Notes: generated from the sequence alone by a model not told the origin. DNA of 64,000 nt from Alphaproteobacteria bacterium UBA3635 (GCA_002373935.1 DFKW01000006.1:3149-67148); one strand, 5' to 3'. Shown: positions 47,035 through 57,360, counted from the stretch's first letter. Numbers and translations: made by a program.

Positions 47035-48495
47035 ATGAAATTGGGGCGGAATATTTTCGGCGTCGGTGCAATGACCGGCATCAGTCGTATTTTCGGATTT
47101 GTACGCGATATGCTGATTGCGCGCGTATTGGGTGCGGGACGATTGTCTGATATTTTCTTGGCGGCGTTCAAATTACCGAACCTGTTTCGCGACCTGCTGG
47201 GCGAAGGGGCCCTGTCCGCGATATTTATACCGATGTTTGCCGATTCCCGGCGCGACAAAAATTTCGCCAACAATGTGTTTTCTTGGTTGGTTGTAGTGTT
47301 ATTGGCTATAACGATTATATTTGAAATATTTATGCCGGCATTTATCACGATTTTGGCACCGGGCTTTGCATCAGACCCCGGAAAATTGGAAATGACAACC
47401 GTTATTTCGCGCATAATGTTTTGGTATGTTATTTTTATCTGTGCGGCGGCATTTTTATCGGCGGTGTTAAATGCGTTCTCGCGTTTTATATTGGCGGCAT
47501 TTATGCCGGTGATGTTAAACATAATGTTGATATGCGCATTACTGATGTCGGCATTTTATGCACCGACAACGGTTTTATACATTATGGCAATAACCGTTGT
47601 GGCATCGGGCGTTATCCAGTGCGCCGTATTATGGGGACGCATTCGGGCGGGTAATTTCGGGCTGCGTTTAATAATACCAAAATGGAACGATAAAATTAAA
47701 TCTATGCTGAAACGATTTGGGGTCAGTATTATCGGCAGTGGTTTTTATCAAATCACCATTATCGTCGGCACCTTGGTCGCCAGTTTTCAGTCCGGCGCGG
47801 TATCGTGGCTGTATTACGCGGACAGAATTGTTCAATTACCGTTTGCGATGATTGGTTTGGCGGTCGGCACGGTATTGATGTCATCTATATCAAACGCAAT
47901 TGCCGAAAAGAATATGCGCAGTGTTTATATCCAGCAAAACGCGTCTATGCGGCGGTCGTTGATGTTGATTATACCGTGCATGGCGGGATTATTCGTGTTG
48001 GCGGAACCGATTATTAAAAATCTGTTTCAATACGGCGCATGGACGGCACAATCAACCCACGCGGTGGCGGTGGCAATTATGATTCAGTGCCTGGTGTTGC
48101 CCGCCATGTTGACTAGTCAGATTTACAGTAAAACCCTCTATGCGTCCCAGGATGTCAAAACACCCGTTAAAACCAGTATCACATCATTGGCGGTGGCGAC
48201 GGTGTTGTATGTCGCGCTGTTTTACCATTTGGGCTATTTGGCGATTCCGGTTGGGGTTGTTGTGTCGGGATATGTTAAAAATATACTGCTTGCGCGCGCA
48301 TGCCGCCGTCGCAATTTAATCAAAATCGACGGTCGCACAATTCGCGCCACAATCGGATTTACCGTGTGGTCTGGTGCGCTGGGCGCGGCGTTGTGGTTTG
48401 CACCGGTGGATGGGTTGATTTCGTTATGTGTTGCGATTGGTGTGTTTGGGGTGCTGTATTTGCCGGTGGCATATTTGATTGATAAACGCGCATAA
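47035..48495 (+). CDS. murJ: Lipid II flippase MurJ
   Basis: Start trimmed to MKLGRNIF. GISRIFGFVRDMLIARVLGAG. Polytopic. Confidence 0.9.
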   Translation: MKLGRNIFGVGAMTGISRIFGFVRDMLIARVLGAGRLSDIFLAAFKLPNLFRDLLGEGALSAIFIPMFADSRRDKNFANNVFSWLVVVLLAITIIFEIFMPAFITILAPGFASDPGKLEMTTVISRIMFWYVIFICAAAFLSAVLNAFSRFILAAFMPVMLNIMLICALLMSAFYAPTTVLYIMAITVVASGVIQCAVLWGRIRAGNFGLRLIIPKWNDKIKSMLKRFGVSIIGSGFYQITIIVGTLVASFQSGAVSWLYYADRIVQLPFAMIGLAVGTVLMSSISNAIAEKNMRSVYIQQNASMRRSLMLIIPCMAGLFVLAEPIIKNLFQYGAWTAQSTHAVAVAIMIQCLVLPAMLTSQIYSKTLYASQDVKTPVKTSITSLAVATVLYVALFYHLGYLAIPVGVVVSGYVKNILLARACRRRNLIKIDGRTIRATIGFTVWSGALGAALWFAPVDGLISLCVAIGVFGVLYLPVAYLIDKRA

Positions 48496-48599
48496 AAAAG
48501 TTGAAACGACACTAAATTTATGATAAAATAACTCTCGAGAATGTAGGGAGTTTCCAAAAATTTTACTCCCTTTAACATACGCTAAAAGGAGAAACAAAA

Positions 48600-49478
48600 A
48601 TGAAAAAATTAGTGTCTTTATCGGCTTTGGTCGCGGTATTGGCGGGTTGCGCCATGGGCGGCAACGATGCCAGTATGTACGGTTCGGAATCTTTGGCCGA
48701 AGAAGATTTGGCGGCGGCAGAATTGAACGATTCGTATTTGATGGCGGCGGCACCGAAATATTACATCGGTAACGCGTACAAGGTTGACGATGTTCAATAC
48801 ATCCCGTCCGAGGATTTAACATATAATCAAACCGGTATCGCGGGAATTATTCCGGCGGAATTAAACGGTCAAAAGACAACTAATGGCGAGGTTTTTGACG
48901 CATCGCAAATGGTCGCAACCAGCAAGACATTACCATTGCCGACAATCGCACGTGTCACTAATTTAAGCAACGGTGAATCGGTTGTTGTTCGTGTAAATAA
49001 TCGTGGTCCATTTGTGAACACTCGTATTATGGATTTGTCACCGGCGGCGGCACAAAAGATTGGTATGAATTCCCAAGCAAAAGTCCAGGTCCAGGTTTTA
49101 ACCGAACAATCTATGGCGGTTAAAAATGCAACAATTGGCGTGACAACACCGGACGCAACGGTCACCGACACATCGGTCACCGTCACACCGGTTGCCGAAC
49201 CCGTCCCACAACCACAACCGGCACCGGTTGCGACAACGGGCGATTACACAATTCAGTTGGCGGCATTTTATGCCCAAGACAGTGCGGACGCCATGGCGCA
49301 ACGCATGAAAACATACGGTGACGCGGTCGTTGTTAACGAGGGCGGCATGTATAAAGTTCGCATTGTGAATTTGGATGCCACACGCGCACGCAGTGTTATA
49401 AACGCCCTGCGCACGAACGAAGGGATGGCACCAGGATTGTTGAAAAACGGTCGCTGGGTCAATGCCGACAGCATTTAA
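48600..49478 (+). CDS. rlpA: Septal ring lytic transglycosylase RlpA with SPOR domain
   Basis: Lipobox LAGC, DPBB region (TTNGEVFD...VRVNNRGPF) and a C-terminal SPOR domain. Confidence 0.88.
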   Translation: MKKLVSLSALVAVLAGCAMGGNDASMYGSESLAEEDLAAAELNDSYLMAAAPKYYIGNAYKVDDVQYIPSEDLTYNQTGIAGIIPAELNGQKTTNGEVFDASQMVATSKTLPLPTIARVTNLSNGESVVVRVNNRGPFVNTRIMDLSPAAAQKIGMNSQAKVQVQVLTEQSMAVKNATIGVTTPDATVTDTSVTVTPVAEPVPQPQPAPVATTGDYTIQLAAFYAQDSADAMAQRMKTYGDAVVVNEGGMYKVRIVNLDATRARSVINALRTNEGMAPGLLKNGRWVNADSI

Positions 49479-49525
49479 TATAATTGTTTCTTCTAAAAAA
49501 ATCCGCCCGTTTGGGCGGTTTTTTT

Positions 49526-49560
49526 CAGTGTTCAAAGTGCAGAGTTCAGAGTGCAGTTGA
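49526..49560 (+). repeat. Tandem heptamer array (x5)
   Basis: CAGTGTT CAAAGTG CAGAGTT CAGAGTG CAGTTGA, immediately after the rlpA terminator (49503-49525). Confidence 0.85.
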
Positions 49561-49580
49561 TGAATAATTATTATTTCGGA

Positions 49581-49686
49581 CATTTCCCGTCGCCAATTTT
49601 TACCGAAGCAACGCGAGGATTAAAAATTGAGCATCGCGCCGAATTCCGCCACATAAAAAACACCACGATTTCTCGTGGTGTTTTTT
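49581..49686 (+). ncRNA. Candidate short RNA (~105 nt) ending at a bidirectional terminator
   Basis: Possible promoter TTCAGA-18-TATTAT (49545-49574), internal hairpin CGCGA/TCGCG, and terminator CACCACGA/TCGTGGTG plus T-run (49661-49686). Confidence 0.3.
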
Positions 49687-49786
49687 GATTTTATCTGGCA
49701 AGGCCTTTTTCTGATTGGGAGTTGGTTTCGGGGCCACCAAATAAAATCAAAACTCTAAGTTCCTTTTCCCCAGTGGAGAGGAACTT

Positions 49787-51247
49787 TTACTCCACCACCG
49801 GACCGGCGGTAAAAGTCCCGGTGCCTGCATTGGTATAAAATCTATCGTTGACCAAATCATACATTCCCAACACACCGTCGCTGTTGCGTTTTACAGGAAT
49901 CATATTGCGAACCAAAATGTCATTTTCGTAAATGCTAAATTCGTATACTTGCACTTTATTATTGGTGCTCTCTATCGACGGTCGCCATCTCTGAAAGATA
50001 TAAAAAGGTCGATTATCTGTATCTGGAATCGTTGCATTATTAGTCAATTTCACATCACCGTTCACAGAAAATTCTGTTGCAGATAACGATAATTTGTTTT
50101 TTTCTAGCATATTAACATTCTCTGCATGAAGCCACGTTCCAGCTGGGTCGAATTTGATTTCGGCAGTACTATCGTCCAAAGAATTTATAACAAGTAAAGC
50201 ATCACTAGAAACGCCTGTTGTTCCACGTCCTGAACCAACAATATTTACATTACCCGCACCAGAGTCAACTTTCGCGACAATTTCTATACGTGTTTTTGAT
50301 GTTGGAGAATAATTCGTGTTTATGTAAGCGTTCCCATCAGAACGCAAATATTCCAACTCTGTATAACCCTCGGGCAGGCAATGCGCACTGCTGCAAATCT
50401 CGTACCAATGCGGAACGCCACTCGCATCTTCGACCAACAGGCATTTCTTGCCGGCGGGGCATTTTTCATTGTCGTCAGCAATGTCGTTTGGGCGGGTTTG
50501 TTTGCCCGATTGCAAAGTCGCGATACTCGCCGCCTGAGATATCGTGTTTGACACGACCGTATTCACCGTCGCAACCGCCGCCGCCAACCGTGAGTTCAAA
50601 TCACTAAACTGTGTTTCCACATATTTTGTCGTGGCAATTTTGATTTCTGCAATCGGTCCGGCAATAAACGAACCCGAACCGGCATTGGTATAGAACTGCC
50701 CACCAACCGTATCATACATCCCAATCGCAGAATCACTGTTCCGTTTCGCAGGGATAAAGTTTCCGATTACGCGCCCAGCAGAATCTTTTGCAACAAAATT
50801 ATAAACCTTCTCTTTTGACGGATAGTTGCCACCAACAACCGCGAACAAACCAAAACCAGTATTATTGTGATAGCTGCCTAATGAGTGTTCGTTTTCCAAA
50901 TTTTCGTTAACATATAGCTTTGATTTGCTACCACTAATTACTAATTTTGCATTATAAATTGTGTTTAATGTTACAGTTGTTCTGCCACGGCTCATATTCC
51001 ACCAATATAAGTCACTATCTATACCCATTTGTGCATCAGAACCCCAACCATTCATTTGATACGCGCCAAATAAGCCTGAATACGATAAACGTATTTCAAA
51101 TGATGAGCCGTCTGTACCAAAAATCCCTGTATCAATATATTGGGTTCCTGTACTTTCGATGTATTCCAACTCCGTATACCCCGCCGGCAGCGCCCACGAT
51201 GGAATTGTGAATAATAACCCCAACATCGCACATAAAAGTTTTTTCAT
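49787..51247 (-). CDS. Secreted protein with two lectin/tail-fibre-like repeat domains
   Basis: Start trimmed to MKKLLCAMLGLLFTIPSWA (signal peptide). Internal duplication: LPAGYTELEYIESTGTQYIDTG...FYTNAGSGSFIAGP versus LPEGYTELEYLRSDGNAYINT...FYTNAGTGTFTAGP. Confidence 0.75.
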   Translation of the reverse strand: MKKLLCAMLGLLFTIPSWALPAGYTELEYIESTGTQYIDTGIFGTDGSSFEIRLSYSGLFGAYQMNGWGSDAQMGIDSDLYWWNMSRGRTTVTLNTIYNAKLVISGSKSKLYVNENLENEHSLGSYHNNTGFGLFAVVGGNYPSKEKVYNFVAKDSAGRVIGNFIPAKRNSDSAIGMYDTVGGQFYTNAGSGSFIAGPIAEIKIATTKYVETQFSDLNSRLAAAVATVNTVVSNTISQAASIATLQSGKQTRPNDIADDNEKCPAGKKCLLVEDASGVPHWYEICSSAHCLPEGYTELEYLRSDGNAYINTNYSPTSKTRIEIVAKVDSGAGNVNIVGSGRGTTGVSSDALLVINSLDDSTAEIKFDPAGTWLHAENVNMLEKNKLSLSATEFSVNGDVKLTNNATIPDTDNRPFYIFQRWRPSIESTNNKVQVYEFSIYENDILVRNMIPVKRNSDGVLGMYDLVNDRFYTNAGTGTFTAGPVVE

Positions 51248-51650
51248 TTCTTTCTCCCCGTTCTTTTGGTTCTGCGTTTTTTTGTGAAAAATTTTCACAA
51301 AAAAAGCGCCATCAACAGGAAGATGCGCGGCAGGGGTGTTAGAAAAATCAGTACAACAATGACCCCATATGCATTACTGCATACGGCACCCACGCCAAAC
51401 CGTAAACGGGTCGATAGCGGGTTTTTTATACAGGGGTAAAATTCACATTTCTATATGGTGAAAAAAATTTTTCCTAAAAATTCCAACACCGAAATAAAAA
51501 TGTCGGTGCAAAATATGACGGCAACAAACACAGCCCCGCCGAATCGAATCGGGCGAGCATGGGAGAGTTACGATGCAAATCTTGCACCGGTTGTACTGGA
51601 CTTTTCTAAGGTCCTTGTCCGAAATCAACTCCCTGGTGATTTCTGATGTC

Positions 51651-51680
51651 ATTATAGAAAATGGAATTTATTTATTGCAA
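51651..51680 (-). promoter_or_regulatory. Near-consensus sigma-70 promoter reading toward the lectin-like gene
   Basis: TTGCAA (51680-51675), 18-nt spacer, TATAAT (51656-51651), about 400 nt upstream of the start codon. Confidence 0.6.
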
Positions 51681-51691
51681 GAATATTTTTG

Positions 51692-51862
51692 AACTGCCCC
51701 ACCGGCTACGCCGGTCCCCCCCCTTCTTTTTGTGCTGGCGCACAGAAAAGACGGGGAATATCCAGAGTCGGAGGTGCAATAAAATTTTTGAACTGCCCCG
51801 TCCCGCTTTCGCGGTCCACCCCTTCTTTTTGTGCTGGCGCACAGAAAAGACGGGGAATATCC
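51692..51862. repeat. Two tandem copies of the 72-nt two-hairpin module (51692-51763, 51791-51862; 99-nt period)
   Basis: Same consensus as 28374-28445 and 39059-39130. The first hairpin differs in each copy but stays paired. Confidence 0.9.
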
Positions 51863-51883
51863 GATAATAAATAATTATTTTCT

Positions 51884-51918
51884 ATAACTGAACTCTGCAC
51901 TCTGAAAACTGAAAACTA
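51884..51918 (-). repeat. Tandem heptamer array (x5)
   Basis: Read on the minus strand: TAGTTTT CAGTTTT CAGAGTG CAGAGTT CAGTTAT. It abuts the ligA terminator (51921-51935). Confidence 0.85.
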
Positions 51919-51936
51919 AAAATAATCCCGACGGGA

Positions 51937-53952
<2,016 letters not shown>

Positions 53953-54047
53953 TTAATGATGTGACGCGCGCACGCAATAAAAAACTTGCAAAATATTACG
54001 AAAAATGCTTACAATTAAATCATAAATCTTACAAAAGGAAAGAAAAC

Positions 54048-54494
54048 ATGGCAGGCAGTATAAATAAAGTTATCTTGGTCGGTAATGTCGGACAAGAGCC
54101 GCAAATCCGTCAAATGAACAATGGACAAAAGGTCGCAAGTTTTTCTCTTGCTACATCTGACCGGTGGCGCGACAGAACATCGGGCGAACAAAAAGAACAA
54201 ACCGAATGGCATCGTGTCGTCGTGTTTCAACCGGGACTGGTTGATGTCGTCGAACGCATGGTACAAAAAGGAACAAAATTATATATCGAGGGCGCGTTAC
54301 GCACACGCAAATGGCAAAATCAGGCCGGTGCGGACCAATACACAACCGAGGTCACATTGAATCCTTTTGGTGGGCAAATGGTCATTTTAAGTGGTGCCAA
54401 GTCCGTTGATGGTTCAATGCCTGATGCGGCGCCGGCGCAAAAGCACGAAGAAATTTCTGTGGGCGATTTGGCGGGCGATGAAATTCCGTTCTAG
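54048..54494 (+). CDS. ssb: Single-stranded DNA-binding protein
   Basis: Start at MAGSINKVILVGNVG. C-terminal acidic tip DEIPF. Confidence 0.93.
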   Translation: MAGSINKVILVGNVGQEPQIRQMNNGQKVASFSLATSDRWRDRTSGEQKEQTEWHRVVVFQPGLVDVVERMVQKGTKLYIEGALRTRKWQNQAGADQYTTEVTLNPFGGQMVILSGAKSVDGSMPDAAPAQKHEEISVGDLAGDEIPF

Positions 54495-54558
54495 GGTAAA
54501 AAATAAATGTTCCCTGCCCCATGGGATAAATGGGGCTTTTTTAATTTGGTGAAAAAAA

Positions 54559-54915
54559 ATGAAACAGTTGACCGATAAAGATATTGCAGATATGGCTGGT
54601 GCCGATTTCATGCCGGATGCGGCGGGGGTGACGGCTGTGCGACGGGAATTACATTTATCGCGGCGCATACCCCATGACGCGCCGGTGGCGGAACATATTG
54701 TACTGGATTTTCACAACCACACCGAAGAAGATGCATGGCATATGATTATGACCGCGGCGCAATCAGGCGCGCGAACGGCGACCGTTATCACGGGTGCCAG
54801 TGGCATATTAAAAATCAAATTCCAAAACTGGGTGCGGGACAGTTTGTTGACCCCTTATGTCATCGAATGCGTGCCATTAAACAACGGCAGTTTTCATGTC
54901 AAATTTAGAAAGTAA
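54559..54915 (+). CDS. Smr domain protein
   Basis: 118 aa: LDFHNHTEEDAWHMI...VITGASG. Confidence 0.7.
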   Translation: MKQLTDKDIADMAGADFMPDAAGVTAVRRELHLSRRIPHDAPVAEHIVLDFHNHTEEDAWHMIMTAAQSGARTATVITGASGILKIKFQNWVRDSLLTPYVIECVPLNNGSFHVKFRK

Positions 54916-54969
54916 TTGTTTGCATTGTTGTTTCATATTTACTATGATTGATTTCAAAGGAAAATAATT

Positions 54970-56403
54970 ATGTCATTGAAAGTTTATAATGTTTTAACCA
55001 GAACTAAACAAGATTTCGTGCCGTTGACCCCGGGGGTTGTTAAAATGTACGCGTGTGGGATTACTGTGTCGGGGGATGCGCATGTGGGACATGCATATCA
55101 ATCGGTGGTGTTTGATGTGATAACACGGTATCTGCGCTATTTGGGGTATGATGTGAAATATGTGCGGAACTATACCGATGTGGACGATAAAATTATCGCA
55201 AATGCGGCACGCGCCGGTATTGACCCAATCGCCTTTGCCGAAAAATACATGCATCAGACCGATGCCGAAATGGACGCGTTGGGAAATGCGCACCCAACAA
55301 TTATGGCGCGCGCAACCGAGTGCATTGATGATATAATCAATTTTGTGCAACGGCTGATTGATTCAAATCATGCGTATGTGTCCCCGTTTGGCGATGTGTA
55401 TTTCAAATTGGACAGTTTCCCGTTCTATGGCAAATTGTCGCATATTAAAACCGATAAAAATGATTCTGGGGTGCGCAAAGATACCGAACCGGGAAAACAA
55501 AATGATTTGGATTTCGCGTTGTGGAAATCGGCAAAGCCCGGCGAAATTGCGTGGAAATCGCCGTGGGGCATGGGACGGCCGGGATGGCATATTGAATGCA
55601 GCGCGATGAATTTGAAATACCTTGGCGAACAAATTGATATTCATGGCGGTGGGCGCGATTTGATTTTTCCACATCATGAAAATGAAATTACGCAATCTGA
55701 ATCTTTGACCGGAAAACAGTTCGCAAAATACTGGATTCATTGTGGATTGGTGAAAATCAATGGCCAGAAAATGAGTAAATCTTTGGGCAACGGTATTTTA
55801 TTAAAAGATGTTTTGGCAAAATACGATGCGGATACAATCCGGTTTGCGTTGTTGCGCAATACATACGCCGCAGATATTGATATCACAGATAACCTGATGC
55901 CGGAATCGCGGCGACATGTTTATAAAATGTATTCAACCCTGGCGGCGTTACGCGGGCGCGATTTTTCGGGGGCGGATGTCGCAAAAACTGACGAAAAAAT
56001 TGCGGAAATTCGGGACGCATTTGAACATGCAATGGATGATAACTTTAATACGTTAGAGGTTATCGCGGCGGCGTTTGGTTGGTTTAATTTTATCAATACT
56101 GAAATGGCGAAAAAATCCACAGAATATGATTTGGCGCGCATTGCCGATAAAATCCGCGAATTATTCGGTGTGTTAAATATATTGCAACATGACCCGGTGG
56201 AATACATCGATAATATCAAATCTGGTGTATTAAAACAAAATGGTTTAAGTGCGGCCGATATTGACGCGTATATATCTGAACGCGCGGTGGCAAAGCAAAA
56301 CAAAGATTGGGCGATGGCGGATAAAATCCGTGCGGAATTGCTGGCAAAAAATATTGTGCTGCACGACGGGCCGGATGGCACAACGTGGGATGTGAATTTA
56401 TAA
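54970..56403 (+). CDS. cysS: Cysteine--tRNA ligase
   Basis: HVGHA (HIGH-type) and KMSKS motifs. Confidence 0.95.
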   Translation: MSLKVYNVLTRTKQDFVPLTPGVVKMYACGITVSGDAHVGHAYQSVVFDVITRYLRYLGYDVKYVRNYTDVDDKIIANAARAGIDPIAFAEKYMHQTDAEMDALGNAHPTIMARATECIDDIINFVQRLIDSNHAYVSPFGDVYFKLDSFPFYGKLSHIKTDKNDSGVRKDTEPGKQNDLDFALWKSAKPGEIAWKSPWGMGRPGWHIECSAMNLKYLGEQIDIHGGGRDLIFPHHENEITQSESLTGKQFAKYWIHCGLVKINGQKMSKSLGNGILLKDVLAKYDADTIRFALLRNTYAADIDITDNLMPESRRHVYKMYSTLAALRGRDFSGADVAKTDEKIAEIRDAFEHAMDDNFNTLEVIAAAFGWFNFINTEMAKKSTEYDLARIADKIRELFGVLNILQHDPVEYIDNIKSGVLKQNGLSAADIDAYISERAVAKQNKDWAMADKIRAELLAKNIVLHDGPDGTTWDVNL

Positions 56404-56419
56404 TGCGGGGCATGACAAT

Positions 56420-57346
56420 ATGAAAAAAACAAAAACCGTGTATGACCATATTAGATCAAACAATATCAAAACCGCGATTTTGGTGATGATGTTTCCAATA
56501 TCTTTTATCGCGTTGGTGTTTTTGTTTTGCTGGATTATTATGCCGGCGGGGGATGCGTTGAACACCACAATCCAGGTTGCAATTCCGACATTTATCGTGT
56601 GCATGGTGTGGATGGTTATATCGTGGGCGTTTGGTGATTCTATGATGATGTCGGCGGCGGGTGCACAACAGATTAGTGATGATGATGCGGCGCACAAAAA
56701 AATATTTCGTTTGGTTGAAAATGTTGCGTTGGCGGCGGGGTTGCCAACACCACGGGTTTATATTATTCCCGACGACGGATTAAACGCGTTTGCCACGGGG
56801 CGCACGCCCGCAGACGCGTCGGTTGCGTTGACGCGCGGAATTATCAACAAATTAAACGATGATGAATTACAGGGTGTTATTGCGCACGAAATGTCACACA
56901 TTGGAAATCGCGATATACGATTGGATATGTTGCTGATTACGGGTGTTGGGGTCACGGTGTTTGCGGCGGACATTTTATCACGCATGGTGATATATGGTGG
57001 TAATTCGCGTGACGATAATGGTAAAAATAATACGGCGATGGTGATGCTGATGGTGTGGTTGGCGTTCACGGTGTTTAATGTTATTGTATCACCGTTATTG
57101 CAACTGGCGGTATCGCGCAAGCGCGAATTTGCGGCGGACGCATGTGGCGCACAAATCACGCGCAACCCACGGGCATTGGCATCGGCACTGCGCAAGATTT
57201 CGGGGCATGCGGATGTAAAATCATTGGCAAACTCGCGGTCTATGGCGATTGCGTGTATTGCCGAGCCGCGCAAAGCATTTATGTCTGATTTGTTTTCAAC
57301 CCATCCATCCACAGACGAACGGATTCGGCGGTTGGAATCAATGTGA
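56420..57346 (+). CDS. htpX: M48-family zinc protease HtpX
   Basis: HEMSHIGNRD motif and TM segments. Confidence 0.9.
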   Translation: MKKTKTVYDHIRSNNIKTAILVMMFPISFIALVFLFCWIIMPAGDALNTTIQVAIPTFIVCMVWMVISWAFGDSMMMSAAGAQQISDDDAAHKKIFRLVENVALAAGLPTPRVYIIPDDGLNAFATGRTPADASVALTRGIINKLNDDELQGVIAHEMSHIGNRDIRLDMLLITGVGVTVFAADILSRMVIYGGNSRDDNGKNNTAMVMLMVWLAFTVFNVIVSPLLQLAVSRKREFAADACGAQITRNPRALASALRKISGHADVKSLANSRSMAIACIAEPRKAFMSDLFSTHPSTDERIRRLESM

Positions 57347-57360
57347 TAATAATTTACCGA

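Noticed and set aside
51283-51299. TGTGA...TCACA as a canonical CRP site.
   Set aside because: The spacer is 7 nt rather than 6, and the site lies in a transcribed leader inside a longer A/T palindrome. It is kept only as a generic palindrome finding.
51443-51652. A 69-aa Cys-rich minus-strand ORF in the lectin-gene leader.
   Set aside because: Its ATG is embedded in the TATAAT -10 element, so it would lie upstream of the predicted transcription start. It has no RBS.
51692-51862. Could the tandem modules be a CRISPR array or a ToxI-like type III antitoxin repeat?
   Set aside because: There are only two units, the repeat is 72 nt with a 27-nt spacer, and no cas or toxN-like gene is adjacent. 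The same unit also occurs singly elsewhere. This does not fit either class.
51661-51900. Three overlapping 61-68-aa ORFs (both strands) with repeated PFFLCWRTEKTGNI-like peptides.
   Set aside because: They simply read through the tandem 72-nt hairpin modules. The repetition is at the DNA level, there is no RBS, and the ORFs overlap each other.
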